From assembly GCA_024684215.1 (NCBI GenBank), contig JAIKXH010000161.1, positions 7,789 through 71,788 of the forward strand: a DNA stretch of 64,000 nt. The letters run 5' to 3'. Within the stretch, counting starts at the first letter, position 1, and each line of letters begins with the position of its first letter. The notes under the pieces were generated by a model. It saw nothing but the letters and a program-made list of their open reading frames with translations, made no database searches and was not told the DNA's origin. The position numbers and the translations under genes were made by a program. Shown here piece by piece: positions 17,431 through 26,706 of the stretch. This DNA is from Lachnospiraceae bacterium. Lineage in GTDB: Bacteria; Bacillota; Clostridia; Lachnospirales; Lachnospiraceae.

Positions 17431-18870
17431 TCAGACATATTTAACGGCCCAGTAACTTAAGTTGTCACTGACCCATGATATACAAATTGTAGCATTCCCC
17501 GCTTCGTCAGTCTGCTTAAATATTGCTGATGAATCCTCAGGAATCCTCATATTTAGCTCTTTAATATATCCGTCTTCAATCGTCACAGCCTTTGAATCAT
17601 GCACTTCTTTGGATATATCACTGCCGTGGCACACAAGGTTATATGTTCCTTTCGGCGCCTCTTTTAGAGAAAACTTATCATTAGTGCTGCTTATAACAAC
17701 CTCGTCATCGCTCTTTGCAAAAGCGGAAGGGACGAGCCATCCGTCCTTTGTTCTTGAAAGCCTGTGTGCTCTGGGTTCATGGCGCTCCGTATCATCATCA
17801 AATCTTTGATGATATACAACATACATTGCTCCGTCTTTATCGATAAATGCGCTATTGTGTCCGGGAGCTTTGTAACCAATGGATAAGCTGGGTAAATTGT
17901 AGTTTCCCATCATTTTCAATCCGTATTTGGAATGATCGGGCACTCTTCCGAAGGTTTTTCCGTTCATGTCGGTATATGGGCCTTTTGGTGATTTTGCTCT
18001 GAAAAGCCTTATCTGATAACCACCGTCTCTTGCAAGCCATCCGAAGGATACAAAGAGATAATAATATCCGCTCTCTCTGTCATATAAAATGTAAGGGCCT
18101 TCGATTGACTTGTGTCCTCCGCCTATCAGCCTTCGTCCGAAATACGGATCGACATGCTCTTTTTTATTCTCCTTAGGATGGATTAGACGTCCGGTCTTTT
18201 CATCGATTTCAAGTAAATATATTCCGCCGCTCCATGAACCGTATACCATCCAAAATCTTCCTTCCTCATCGTGGAAGGTGTTGGGATCTATGCAGTTGGG
18301 ATAAGCCAGATTATTATAGTTACCGTTCTTTTTAATGTATTTCGAGGGATCATATTTTTTACCCATGATCCTTTTTATATTGGTCTCTTTTACAGTGTTT
18401 TTTGTAAATCCGGAATCAAGAAGTCTCTCCTCAAATTTATAGGGCCCCTCAGGTTTATCCGATGTAGCCATACTTATACTGGACTTTATATATGAACCTG
18501 ATGAGCAGAGATACATGACATATTTTTTAAGATATGGATTATAGCTCACGTCAGGAGCCCACACATCATAGAACCTTTGGTTAAACCCTTTGCAATATCT
18601 AAAATGGTCACAGTCATCATCAAATAGATCAGAAAAGAGTTTTTCTCTTCCGGCAAACTCTCCCGATAGCTGTTTCCAAGTCTTTAAGTCATTACTGACA
18701 GCGCTTGTATAATGCGTTCCGAAAAGATAATATTTTCCTTTTTTTTCGGAAAAAATCATGGGGTCGTGAACTATTGCTCCGGCTACGAGGTTTCCTTTTT
18801 TTATATCTTTTTTCAACAATGCTTCTCCGTGTTTCTTGGTTTTAACTATTTTTTCAAATCGATCTTTCAT
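17431..18870 (-). CDS. GH43 glycoside hydrolase (intracellular arabinanase/arabinofuranosidase-like)
   Basis: 479-aa ORF without a signal peptide. It has the GH43 catalytic contexts IVHDPMIF, VWAPDVSY and KSIEGPYILY. Confidence 0.85.
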   Translation of the reverse strand: MKDRFEKIVKTKKHGEALLKKDIKKGNLVAGAIVHDPMIFSEKKGKYYLFGTHYTSAVSNDLKTWKQLSGEFAGREKLFSDLFDDDCDHFRYCKGFNQRFYDVWAPDVSYNPYLKKYVMYLCSSGSYIKSSISMATSDKPEGPYKFEERLLDSGFTKNTVKETNIKRIMGKKYDPSKYIKKNGNYNNLAYPNCIDPNTFHDEEGRFWMVYGSWSGGIYLLEIDEKTGRLIHPKENKKEHVDPYFGRRLIGGGHKSIEGPYILYDRESGYYYLFVSFGWLARDGGYQIRLFRAKSPKGPYTDMNGKTFGRVPDHSKYGLKMMGNYNLPSLSIGYKAPGHNSAFIDKDGAMYVVYHQRFDDDTERHEPRAHRLSRTKDGWLVPSAFAKSDDEVVISSTNDKFSLKEAPKGTYNLVCHGSDISKEVHDSKAVTIEDGYIKELNMRIPEDSSAIFKQTDEAGNATICISWVSDNLSYWAVKYV

Positions 18871-18910
18871 AAATATTTTCCATTATGTTTTTCAAATATT
18901 GAAAAATACA

Positions 18911-19156
18911 TCACCATTTTTTGTATGGACAGTGGGCTATTTTCGAAGCAGCTCTCAGCTCCACATAACAACCGCAGGCATCACAGGTTCCGGCATTAAG
19001 CTTCTCGCACTCCTTGCAGATTCCAAGGCGCCTCTCGTACTCCTCCGGTGCAGGCTGGTCTTCTGCTTTTATCGCACTTTTATACTTTTTTATCATTGCC
19101 TGATCCGCTTCTGCCATTTCTCGAAGCAGGCATTTTTTACAAAAATTTACTGCCAT
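18911..19156 (-). CDS. small cysteine-rich (zinc-ribbon-like) protein of unknown function
   Basis: 81-aa ORF with CKKC ... CKEC ... CDACGC ... HC spacing. It lies 19 nt downstream of the preceding ORF. Confidence 0.55.
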   Translation of the reverse strand: MAVNFCKKCLLREMAEADQAMIKKYKSAIKAEDQPAPEEYERRLGICKECEKLNAGTCDACGCYVELRAASKIAHCPYKKW

Positions 19157-19175
19157 GATTCCCCACCGTTTTTAC

Positions 19176-19661
19176 TTAATTATTATTTCCATTGTCCTTA
19201 AAAAGAAAACTTTCATTGGGGTCTCCCTCAAGCTGTTCTTTTCTTTTTGCTTCCTTGCGCTTTCTTTTTTCGTCGTTAAATCTGACATACTTTTTCGATT
19301 TGGCAACTATATAGATAATACCCACAACAACCGCAAAAATAATTGAGGCTATTATCATCTTGTCAAACTTCAAATGGACATAAGATAAAGCAACAAAACT
19401 AAATATCAGCAGCATAAGCATCAGCCAGCCGAAGGCTCCCGCAACCGTCACAAAAAACAGTATTATATCTCTAACGATATCTCCGGCGCCGAAAGGATTG
19501 TCATGATAATTTTCCGTCATCTTATCGGCGCTTACCTGCATTGAGCGGACGATATCCTGGGTTTCATCGGTATATAATTTTGATAAATCCTCGCTTTTAG
19601 TATCTTCGCTTTGCGTTTTCTCTCCGGAAATATTAACTTCTTCCTTAATCTTCTCGCTCAT
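19176..19661 (-). CDS. small membrane protein of unknown function (acidic N-terminus, basic C-terminus)
   Basis: 161-aa ORF with an acidic N-terminal ~70 aa, hydrophobic segments (IILFFVTVAGAFGWLMLMLLIFSFVAL; IIASIIFAVVVGIIYIV) and a KR-rich tail. Confidence 0.5.
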   Translation of the reverse strand: MSEKIKEEVNISGEKTQSEDTKSEDLSKLYTDETQDIVRSMQVSADKMTENYHDNPFGAGDIVRDIILFFVTVAGAFGWLMLMLLIFSFVALSYVHLKFDKMIIASIIFAVVVGIIYIVAKSKKYVRFNDEKRKRKEAKRKEQLEGDPNESFLFKDNGNNN

Positions 19662-19686
19662 AGTTTTCCCTCATAAACGCATTGTT

Positions 19687-21684
19687 CTATTCGAGAGGCT
19701 TGCTTCCCCAAAGTGTAACCTGACTGGTGTCGCCAAGCGCGGTAAATGTCATCTTACTGATGGAGGTTCCTTCAACGTTCATTAAAAGGGTTACACCCTC
19801 ATAGGTCACACCGTCTATTACAAGATTGATATAGGGAGTTCCCTCTTCCAGGGTCCATGTTCCTTCGTATGAACCTGTTATGGTTCCGTCCTCGTTTAAA
19901 ACTATTGAAACCGGTCTGTATGCCTGTAATGCAGCATAATCAATATTTAATTCATGCATGATCACATCGTAGCTTCCCGCAACTTCGGAAGTCGAATAAT
20001 CATCGGTTTTAAGGTTCTCTCCGCCTGTCTGATAAGGTGCTGCCACAAGCCATCCGTTTTTATTTAAGAAAAGCTGATGCACTTTTACATAGTGGGCTTC
20101 GCTTCCACCCGTAGTACGTGTGTGGAATACAATATATGCCTTTCCGTCATCATCCACAAATGCAGAGTTGTGGCCCTGTGCGACCTGTCCGACGGTCATG
20201 CTTTTCCACTTGTATCCGCCGAAAAGTCTGACACCTATCGGCAAGTTATAGTTTTGAACCCATGTATCGAAGTAAGGAGTGTTTCCAAGTTCATCGACAT
20301 AATCACCGTCCGGTTTAGTGCTTCTAAACACTCTTACATTGTAGCCGCCTCTGGCCTCAAGTCCTCCATAGCTCATAAAAAGCCAATAGAAATCGCCTAT
20401 CTTTTGTATATACGATGCTTCTCCGGATACGTATGCACCGCCGGCTATCTTTTTACCAAAGTAAGGATCTGAGTGAATTGTGTCACCGTATGTGACCGAC
20501 TTATCTCTAAAGCCGGTTTCCTCATCCATTGCAAGTATGAAGATTCCGCCGCTCCATGATCCGTATGTCATCCAGAGATTTCCGTCATCGTCATAAAATA
20601 CACAGGCATCTATATTGTTGGGGTAATAATCTCCCCATTTTTTACCCTTATTATATCGCTCGGGATACTCTGTCTCACCGGTAACTTCCGCCACATCGGT
20701 TTCATCGTAGAATTCGTCACTGTGAAATCCGGACCTGACAACCATACCTTCGTATGTCCAATCCCCTTCGAGCGAATCCGCGGTCAAAAGTACGATTGAT
20801 GAATACCAGTTTTCGCCGTCCACAGACAGATACATGCACCATTTTCCCATTGCCTCATTGTAAATGACATCGGGAGCCCACATATATCCGTCGACTTTAT
20901 AATCGCTGCTTCCGTGAGCAGACCACGCTGCAGGCTCAGCCAAAATCTCTGCATAGTCGGTAGTCAGATTGTTTGAAAAACTCTGCCAATTTTGAAGATC
21001 GTATGATTTAGCCCATGATCTGTGTGAGCCAAAGATGTAATAACATTTATTGCCTTCTTTATCTTCTCCCACTACAATCGAAGGATCGTGACAAGCTACG
21101 GTTTTGTAATCAACCTTATCCTCCGCAGATATCTCTATTTTTTTACCGAACATAACGATATCTACAATATATCTTACAGTGGACTCGGTATCCCCAACCT
21201 TAACTTTTACATAGGGCCTTAAAGTCAAAGTATCGACATCACCGGTAAGAGCTACCTTACTTGGTGCTTCAGGCTTTATTGGATTATCCGATCCCGTAAC
21301 TATTACGCCGTTATATACCGCTTCGTTTCCGGCCTCTATTACGCCCTTAAACTTGGGTCCTTCGCTTTCGCTAAGAGAATCATCATTTGTTGAGGTGACA
21401 CTGACCATGCTTATGGTATATCCGGTCCTATCGTTTTTTACACTCAGAGTATAATTAATATCCTCTCCGGGAGCGTATTCTTTTTTATCGGTTGAGAGCG
21501 TAACGGTGATATCTTTATCCGACAGCTCGCAGATTTCTCCGAAATATCCATCGGTTACTTCTTCTTCGCCGCCGTTATTTGCATTATTATCCCTTACACC
21601 CGAGCACGAGGCAAGTCCAAAAGCCATACAGGCGGCAATAGATACTGATATAAATTTTTTTAATAAAGATTTACCAAAAGTCAT
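19687..21684 (-). CDS. extracellular GH43 lipoprotein (endo-arabinanase-like) with N- and C-terminal accessory beta-domains
   Basis: 665-aa ORF with lipobox GLASCSG. GH43 contexts are CHDPSIVV, MWAPDVIY and GEASYIQK. Extra ~170-aa N-terminal and ~110-aa C-terminal domains are present. Confidence 0.85.
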   Translation of the reverse strand: MTFGKSLLKKFISVSIAACMAFGLASCSGVRDNNANNGGEEEVTDGYFGEICELSDKDITVTLSTDKKEYAPGEDINYTLSVKNDRTGYTISMVSVTSTNDDSLSESEGPKFKGVIEAGNEAVYNGVIVTGSDNPIKPEAPSKVALTGDVDTLTLRPYVKVKVGDTESTVRYIVDIVMFGKKIEISAEDKVDYKTVACHDPSIVVGEDKEGNKCYYIFGSHRSWAKSYDLQNWQSFSNNLTTDYAEILAEPAAWSAHGSSDYKVDGYMWAPDVIYNEAMGKWCMYLSVDGENWYSSIVLLTADSLEGDWTYEGMVVRSGFHSDEFYDETDVAEVTGETEYPERYNKGKKWGDYYPNNIDACVFYDDDGNLWMTYGSWSGGIFILAMDEETGFRDKSVTYGDTIHSDPYFGKKIAGGAYVSGEASYIQKIGDFYWLFMSYGGLEARGGYNVRVFRSTKPDGDYVDELGNTPYFDTWVQNYNLPIGVRLFGGYKWKSMTVGQVAQGHNSAFVDDDGKAYIVFHTRTTGGSEAHYVKVHQLFLNKNGWLVAAPYQTGGENLKTDDYSTSEVAGSYDVIMHELNIDYAALQAYRPVSIVLNEDGTITGSYEGTWTLEEGTPYINLVIDGVTYEGVTLLMNVEGTSISKMTFTALGDTSQVTLWGSKPLE

Positions 21685-21761
21685 AACGCACTTCCCGATT
21701 TAATAAAGACAGGCTTTATTTACTGGTTTTATTCCGTATAAATCACCTGTCTTTTAAGGTT

Positions 21762-22808
21762 TTATATCCTGTTTTTGTAATCAAATACAGGGCATCCGTT
21801 CCGGTCCCACTTTACTTCCATAAGCATTGTGTGACGGTTTGGATCGTACAGCGGGTCACCCACGATTTCAAGATAAGTTCTCGCATGATATACGCAAACA
21901 TCTCTTCCGTCTTCCGTTACGGTAAATGAGTTGTGTCCCGGACCGTAAAATCCCATTTCTCTGTCAGAGCGAAGAACAGGTTTTTTCTCTTTTTTCCATG
22001 CTCTGGGATCCAAAAGGTCATCGTTCTCCGAAATGGAAAGCATTCCCATGCAATAGCATTCGCCTGTTGCGCTGGCGGAATATGTAAGGAAAATCTTTCC
22101 GTCGTGATGTATAGCAGCAGGACCTTCATTTACCCATATATCCACCCTCTCCCAGTCATAATCGGGAGTGGTCAAAAGTACTTGTGCTGTTGCAAGCTTT
22201 GTAGGGCTCTCCATACGTGCAATATACAGATTTGAAATCTGAATTCCCACGCTTACCTTTTCAGCCCATACATAATAGTACTCGCCCTTATTTTCAAAAA
22301 TGGTAGCATCAAGTGAAAATGCCTCAAAGGAATAAATATCATCATCGCTGCGATTAATCATCCCTTTTTCAACCCACTCATCCTTCATGGGATCGGGACC
22401 TTGGCATTCAAGAATATAAGGACGAAGTCTCCAAATATCTTCTTCTCTTGAAGCTGCAAAATATATATACCATTTACCCCAAAGGAAGTGAAGCTCGGGA
22501 GCCCAAATATGTCTGCTCATATCTCCGGAAGCATGCTTGGTCCAAATGGTTTTTTCCTCTGCATCCTTAAGACCTTTAAGGCTGTCAGAACATCTTAGTA
22601 CAATTTTATCATATGCCGGTACAGAAGCGGTAAAATAGTATTTGCCGTCTTTGGCTCTGGTTATATAAGGATCAGCTCTCTGCTCAATAAAAGGCTTATT
22701 ATACTCTGTCAATTTTCCGTTTCTTGGTCTTTCGTCCATATCGTAAATCTCCGTTTCTACGAATTTTCTTTTGTATCCCCAATACTCAGAAAACCCCATA
22801 CTTTGCAC
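21762..22808 (-). CDS. GH43 glycoside hydrolase (exo-alpha-L-arabinofuranosidase-like, intracellular)
   Basis: 348-aa ORF with QRADPYITR, IWAPELHF and NEGPAAIH. There is no signal peptide, and the exact start is uncertain. Confidence 0.8.
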   Translation of the reverse strand: MQSMGFSEYWGYKRKFVETEIYDMDERPRNGKLTEYNKPFIEQRADPYITRAKDGKYYFTASVPAYDKIVLRCSDSLKGLKDAEEKTIWTKHASGDMSRHIWAPELHFLWGKWYIYFAASREEDIWRLRPYILECQGPDPMKDEWVEKGMINRSDDDIYSFEAFSLDATIFENKGEYYYVWAEKVSVGIQISNLYIARMESPTKLATAQVLLTTPDYDWERVDIWVNEGPAAIHHDGKIFLTYSASATGECYCMGMLSISENDDLLDPRAWKKEKKPVLRSDREMGFYGPGHNSFTVTEDGRDVCVYHARTYLEIVGDPLYDPNRHTMLMEVKWDRNGCPVFDYKNRI

Positions 22809-22861
22809 CGGTTTATCTTTGTGAGTTCAAGCCCCGCTATCGATGCAAAGTATGGACCTTT

Positions 22862-22906
22862 CTTTTAAAGAAAAGCCCCGGGATGCATAGCATCCGCACC
22901 CCGGGA
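22862..22906 (-). terminator. GC-rich stem-loop followed by a U-tract (probable terminator or attenuator after the LamG lipoprotein gene)
   Basis: The minus strand reads cccggggtgcGGATGCtatGCATCCcggggcttttctttaaaag. The inner 6-bp stem is perfect, the outer CCCG/CGGG pairing has a bulge, and a T-rich run follows. Confidence 0.45.
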
Positions 22907-22964
22907 CCAATCATTTTAATTAAATGTAACCCTAAAAGTTACTTATGCCCATTTTGTAATTAAA

Positions 22965-24995
22965 TTACTCTACTGAAAGAAGCTCTACATAGCTTGCTTC
23001 GTTGGTGAAGAAGAAGTACATCTCTGAATCAGCAGCCATGTTGCCGTTCTTAAGAACATAGCTCTCCGTTAATGAATCACCGGTCTTCTTGCTGGTGTAA
23101 GTCATATCAAGAGTTACTTCTCCGCCGTTTCTGGTAGCTACGATTTCAACATCAGCAGCCTTCATGATATTTCTGAAGTTGTTATCGCCGATGTACTTTG
23201 TTCCGATGTTGTAGCAATCAGGTGCTGCATTAGCGTCACCTTCGGGAGCGCCCCAGCCCCATCCGTCTGCACGAACTACTGCGTACTCCATGTACTCTCC
23301 GGGGAACTGATCGGCAGGTGCTGAGTGAGCTACGGTTTCCTTGTTGGTAAGTACCATTACGAAGTTGTGGTAATCTTCCTTACCGGTGCTGTAGTTGTTG
23401 AGCTTGATGGTCTTGGTCTCGCCATCCTTAATTGCGTATGCATCAGTCCAGTCTGACCAGAAGCCACAGGTAAGATCGATGTTTCCGATAGCGCTTAATG
23501 CGTTCTCGTCTACAGCAATAGGATCGTTGATCTCAAGGATTTCGATGTAGCAATGCTCACCGAGAATAGTTACATAGAGGTCATCTGCATCTGTAAGAGC
23601 AGTCTGCTTTACAGTGTAGGTCATAAGGTTAGACTCACCATTGTAGTCTACGTTGTCAGCTACGACGTTGATAGCACTTCCGTTTCTGGTAATCTTAAGA
23701 GTTACGGTTGCGTCTACCATTACGCTCTGCTGCCATACGGGCCAGTTGCCCCAAGAGTGAGTAGACTCGAAGTAGTCTGCTGCATTCTCTGAATCAGGAT
23801 TGATATCTCCGATCCATGCCCACTCATCAGCTCTTACTACTACATACTCAGTGTTTCCTTCTACAGTGTTAGGATCTACATGAGCCTCGTGAGGCTGATT
23901 GGTGAAGTCAAGAACATAGTTCTCATAAGCGTTTCCGCCTGCTGAGTAGTTCTTTAATACGATAGTCTTGGTCTCGCCGTCCTTAAGAGGAATAGCTGAT
24001 GACCAGTCTGACCAGAATGCCATTGAAAGATCGTCAGTACCAACAGTCTCAAGTGCTGCTTCGTTCTTTACAATCTCAACAACTCTCTCGGGAGCCTCAA
24101 ACTTAGCTGTGGTGTCTCCTGCCTCAAAGAGTGCTTTAGCCTCTGCTGCAGTGAGTACACGGTCATATACATATACTTCGTCGAATACGCCCTTGAAAGG
24201 AGTATCCCAATAGTTTACGCCGAGAAGGAAGTCAAAGTTGTCTGAAGGAGTCATGGTTCCGGTTACAACCTGTACAGGTCTGTCTCCGTCGCTGCTGGTT
24301 CCGATAACTTCCTCACCGTTTAAGTAAAGGTGAGCGATAATCATAGATCCGTCTGCAGATACTTCGCTGGGATCAACAGTCATGGTAATGTTTAACCACT
24401 CACCGGTACGGTTGTCAATCCAATCGGGATACCAATACATACGATCTCCTCCGGTTGCCTGATCATAAGACCAAACAATAGGGAAGGTTGTCTTTGTAGT
24501 ATCATCGGGGTTAAAAGGCTCCCAGGTAAAGTTTACCCAGTGCTCTTTGCCGGTAGCATCACCGTGTACATCAGGACCATACTGAAGAGTAGGCATATGC
24601 TGTGCGTTTCTTGAAGAGTACATCCAGTATGAAACTGAATAAGTATCTCCTACACCGTTTACATCAAGCTTAGCGCCTGCTGTACCGTCAAGGTAAAGTC
24701 CCTGACCCTTAGCACCGGTAACATATACGGGATCTTTGCCGGTAAGCTCGATAGTAGCACCGTCACCCTTTGTTGCCATGTGTACGCCTTCTTCGCCGCC
24801 GTCAAGTGAGAAATAATACTTGTAATCGGTAGGGATTTCGGCAGTTTCTGCTGCAGGCTCTTCTGTTGCCGCAGGTTCTTCTACTGCAGGCTCTGCTGTG
24901 GGCTCTGCAGGGGTCTCTTCTTTAGCACATCCGGCAAGAACTGCAGCTGCCATTACGCCTGTAAGAAGAAGACTTAAAAACTTCTTTTTCATCAT
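22965..24995 (-). CDS. surface lipoprotein: P/E/A/T linker + LamG-like jelly-roll + two tandem ~180-aa repeat domains
   Basis: 676-aa ORF with lipobox LAGCAKE. The LamG-like region runs YFSLDGG..LYLDG..YSVSYWMY..VFDEVYVYDRVLTAAEAKALF. Two paralogous modules share FWSDW..KDGETKTI..NY..EY.VVRAD.W.W. Confidence 0.7.
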   Translation of the reverse strand: MMKKKFLSLLLTGVMAAAVLAGCAKEETPAEPTAEPAVEEPAATEEPAAETAEIPTDYKYYFSLDGGEEGVHMATKGDGATIELTGKDPVYVTGAKGQGLYLDGTAGAKLDVNGVGDTYSVSYWMYSSRNAQHMPTLQYGPDVHGDATGKEHWVNFTWEPFNPDDTTKTTFPIVWSYDQATGGDRMYWYPDWIDNRTGEWLNITMTVDPSEVSADGSMIIAHLYLNGEEVIGTSSDGDRPVQVVTGTMTPSDNFDFLLGVNYWDTPFKGVFDEVYVYDRVLTAAEAKALFEAGDTTAKFEAPERVVEIVKNEAALETVGTDDLSMAFWSDWSSAIPLKDGETKTIVLKNYSAGGNAYENYVLDFTNQPHEAHVDPNTVEGNTEYVVVRADEWAWIGDINPDSENAADYFESTHSWGNWPVWQQSVMVDATVTLKITRNGSAINVVADNVDYNGESNLMTYTVKQTALTDADDLYVTILGEHCYIEILEINDPIAVDENALSAIGNIDLTCGFWSDWTDAYAIKDGETKTIKLNNYSTGKEDYHNFVMVLTNKETVAHSAPADQFPGEYMEYAVVRADGWGWGAPEGDANAAPDCYNIGTKYIGDNNFRNIMKAADVEIVATRNGGEVTLDMTYTSKKTGDSLTESYVLKNGNMAADSEMYFFFTNEASYVELLSVE

Positions 24996-25032
24996 TTTTC
25001 CTCCTGTGAAAATTAATGTGCGTTCATATTCT

Positions 25033-25059
25033 TCCGGGCCTTAGTAGGGTAGGCCCGGA
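25033..25059 (-). other. intra-operon stem-loop downstream of the SBP gene (no U-tract)
   Basis: Perfect 9-bp stem tccgggcct / aggcccgga with a 9-nt loop, 15 nt after the SBP stop. The sequence that follows on the minus strand is not T-rich. Confidence 0.4.
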
Positions 25060-25073
25060 TAAATATCATGTTT

Positions 25074-26597
25074 TTACTTTCCGAATGAATCTACTGTTGC
25101 CTGATAGGTTGCGAGCTCTTCATCAGAGAGTACATCGTATCCTGAAGGTCCAAAGTAAGAAATCATTGCCTCAGCATGGTAGTAGTTAGCCTGCTCACTT
25201 GCCTCAGCTGCATAGTCAGCGGGATGTGCTGTACCTGCATCTACGAGATCGTGAATACCGATCTTGTTGAAGTACTGATCGCAGAAGTTCCAATATCCGG
25301 CGATGTTATACCAGCCGTAAGGAACAGGTCTTGTGATAGATGCGAAATAATCATCCCAGTACATCTTGTGCTCCTCATCCTGAGGGAACATAGCCTTGTA
25401 TCTCTCCCATACACCTTCATCGGTGGTCATGGGAACAGGCATGTTAGCATGCTTAAGAGCGGTGCCTGAAGCGTTTGTGATGCTCTCATCCTCGTAAATA
25501 TCAAGACGAGCGTTCCATCCTTCAGTTCCGATACCCATCCACTTAAGAAGGAGATATGCCTCGTAAGGATGCTCGGTGCTGGATGAAATACCACCCATGT
25601 ACATGTTTGCAATGATGTTGTGTTCCTTCTCATCTACAACATTAGGAGTTACATAGGGAACGATATCAAGTCCGTACTGCTCCTGATAACCATCGGTTCC
25701 CCAAAGGTTCATGTATGACCAGAATCCTTCTGAGAAGATAGCTACATGTCCGGTAGCACCAAACCATGTTCCCCAGTCGCCGGACCAGTCTTCCATAGCC
25801 TGAGTATCCTGCTGAGGAGCTACATATCCGTTTACTTTAAGGTTACCGAACTCTTCCTCACCGATTGCCCAATATCTAAGGTCGAAGTCGGTTCCGTCAA
25901 ATCCGAACTCACCCTTGATTGCACGCTCTGCGGTAGCGCAGGCAGCGATTCCGTAAAGTGAGTCAAGACGGTTGTAGTATCCAAGTCCGTAGTACTTCAT
26001 TCCGGTACGATCATCAACGGTTGCGTCCTTGATGAGCTGAATCATCTCATCCCATGTCCAGTCGGTTCTGGGCATCTCAAGGTTTAACTTGTTGATTACG
26101 TTACGGTCGATGAAAATTGCACTGGGCTGATACCATACAGGCATTGCATACCAGTGATCTGTATCGAACTTACCGATACCGTAGTTCTTGATTGAGTAGA
26201 GCATCTGATCCATATCGGGATCGTTCTCTACGTACTCAGTGATGTCTGCCCAATACATATTTGCAAGAGCGGTGTCTGAGTCTGTAGCACAGAATGCATC
26301 AGGGAAATTTCCTGCTGCTGCAGCTGCTGAAAGGTCGGTTGACATATCAGTGATCTGCTTGGTCTCTACCGTGATGTTGGGGTACTTTTTCATGAAAGCT
26401 TCCGCCAAAAGATTCATGGTAGTCTCATCCTCATAGTGCCAATATGTAAGGGTGATGTTGTCGGTAGTTACACCGTTCTCATCAACTCCACCGGTGGATC
26501 CGCCGGCGCTTCCGCCGTTACCACCGCTACAGCCTACAAGAAGGGTAGCTGCCATAGCCACTGAAAGAAGAGTAGCTACAATTTTGTTCTTTTTCAT
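25074..26597 (-). CDS. extracellular sugar-binding lipoprotein (large family-1 SBP, LplA/LipO-like size class)
   Basis: 507-aa ORF with lipobox LLVGCSGG and a Gly/Ser linker. The SBP_bac_1-like body is rich in Trp and Tyr. Confidence 0.85.
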   Translation of the reverse strand: MKKNKIVATLLSVAMAATLLVGCSGGNGGSAGGSTGGVDENGVTTDNITLTYWHYEDETTMNLLAEAFMKKYPNITVETKQITDMSTDLSAAAAAGNFPDAFCATDSDTALANMYWADITEYVENDPDMDQMLYSIKNYGIGKFDTDHWYAMPVWYQPSAIFIDRNVINKLNLEMPRTDWTWDEMIQLIKDATVDDRTGMKYYGLGYYNRLDSLYGIAACATAERAIKGEFGFDGTDFDLRYWAIGEEEFGNLKVNGYVAPQQDTQAMEDWSGDWGTWFGATGHVAIFSEGFWSYMNLWGTDGYQEQYGLDIVPYVTPNVVDEKEHNIIANMYMGGISSSTEHPYEAYLLLKWMGIGTEGWNARLDIYEDESITNASGTALKHANMPVPMTTDEGVWERYKAMFPQDEEHKMYWDDYFASITRPVPYGWYNIAGYWNFCDQYFNKIGIHDLVDAGTAHPADYAAEASEQANYYHAEAMISYFGPSGYDVLSDEELATYQATVDSFGK

Positions 26598-26706
26598 AAT
26601 ATCCTCCTTTATTTATGAAAAATAGTTTTTATGTTATACGCCCCTCCCCCCTACCTTCCGAGGGGAGATGCGATATATACACAGTTTCCAAAAAAGACGA
26701 AAATCT

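Noticed and set aside
21685-21761. Inverted repeat aaagacagg ... cctgtcttt between two GH43 genes as a terminator
   Set aside because: The 9-bp arms are separated by a ~30-nt loop and followed by only a weak T-rich stretch, which is too unstable to call. It may still modulate read-through, but I cannot support that.
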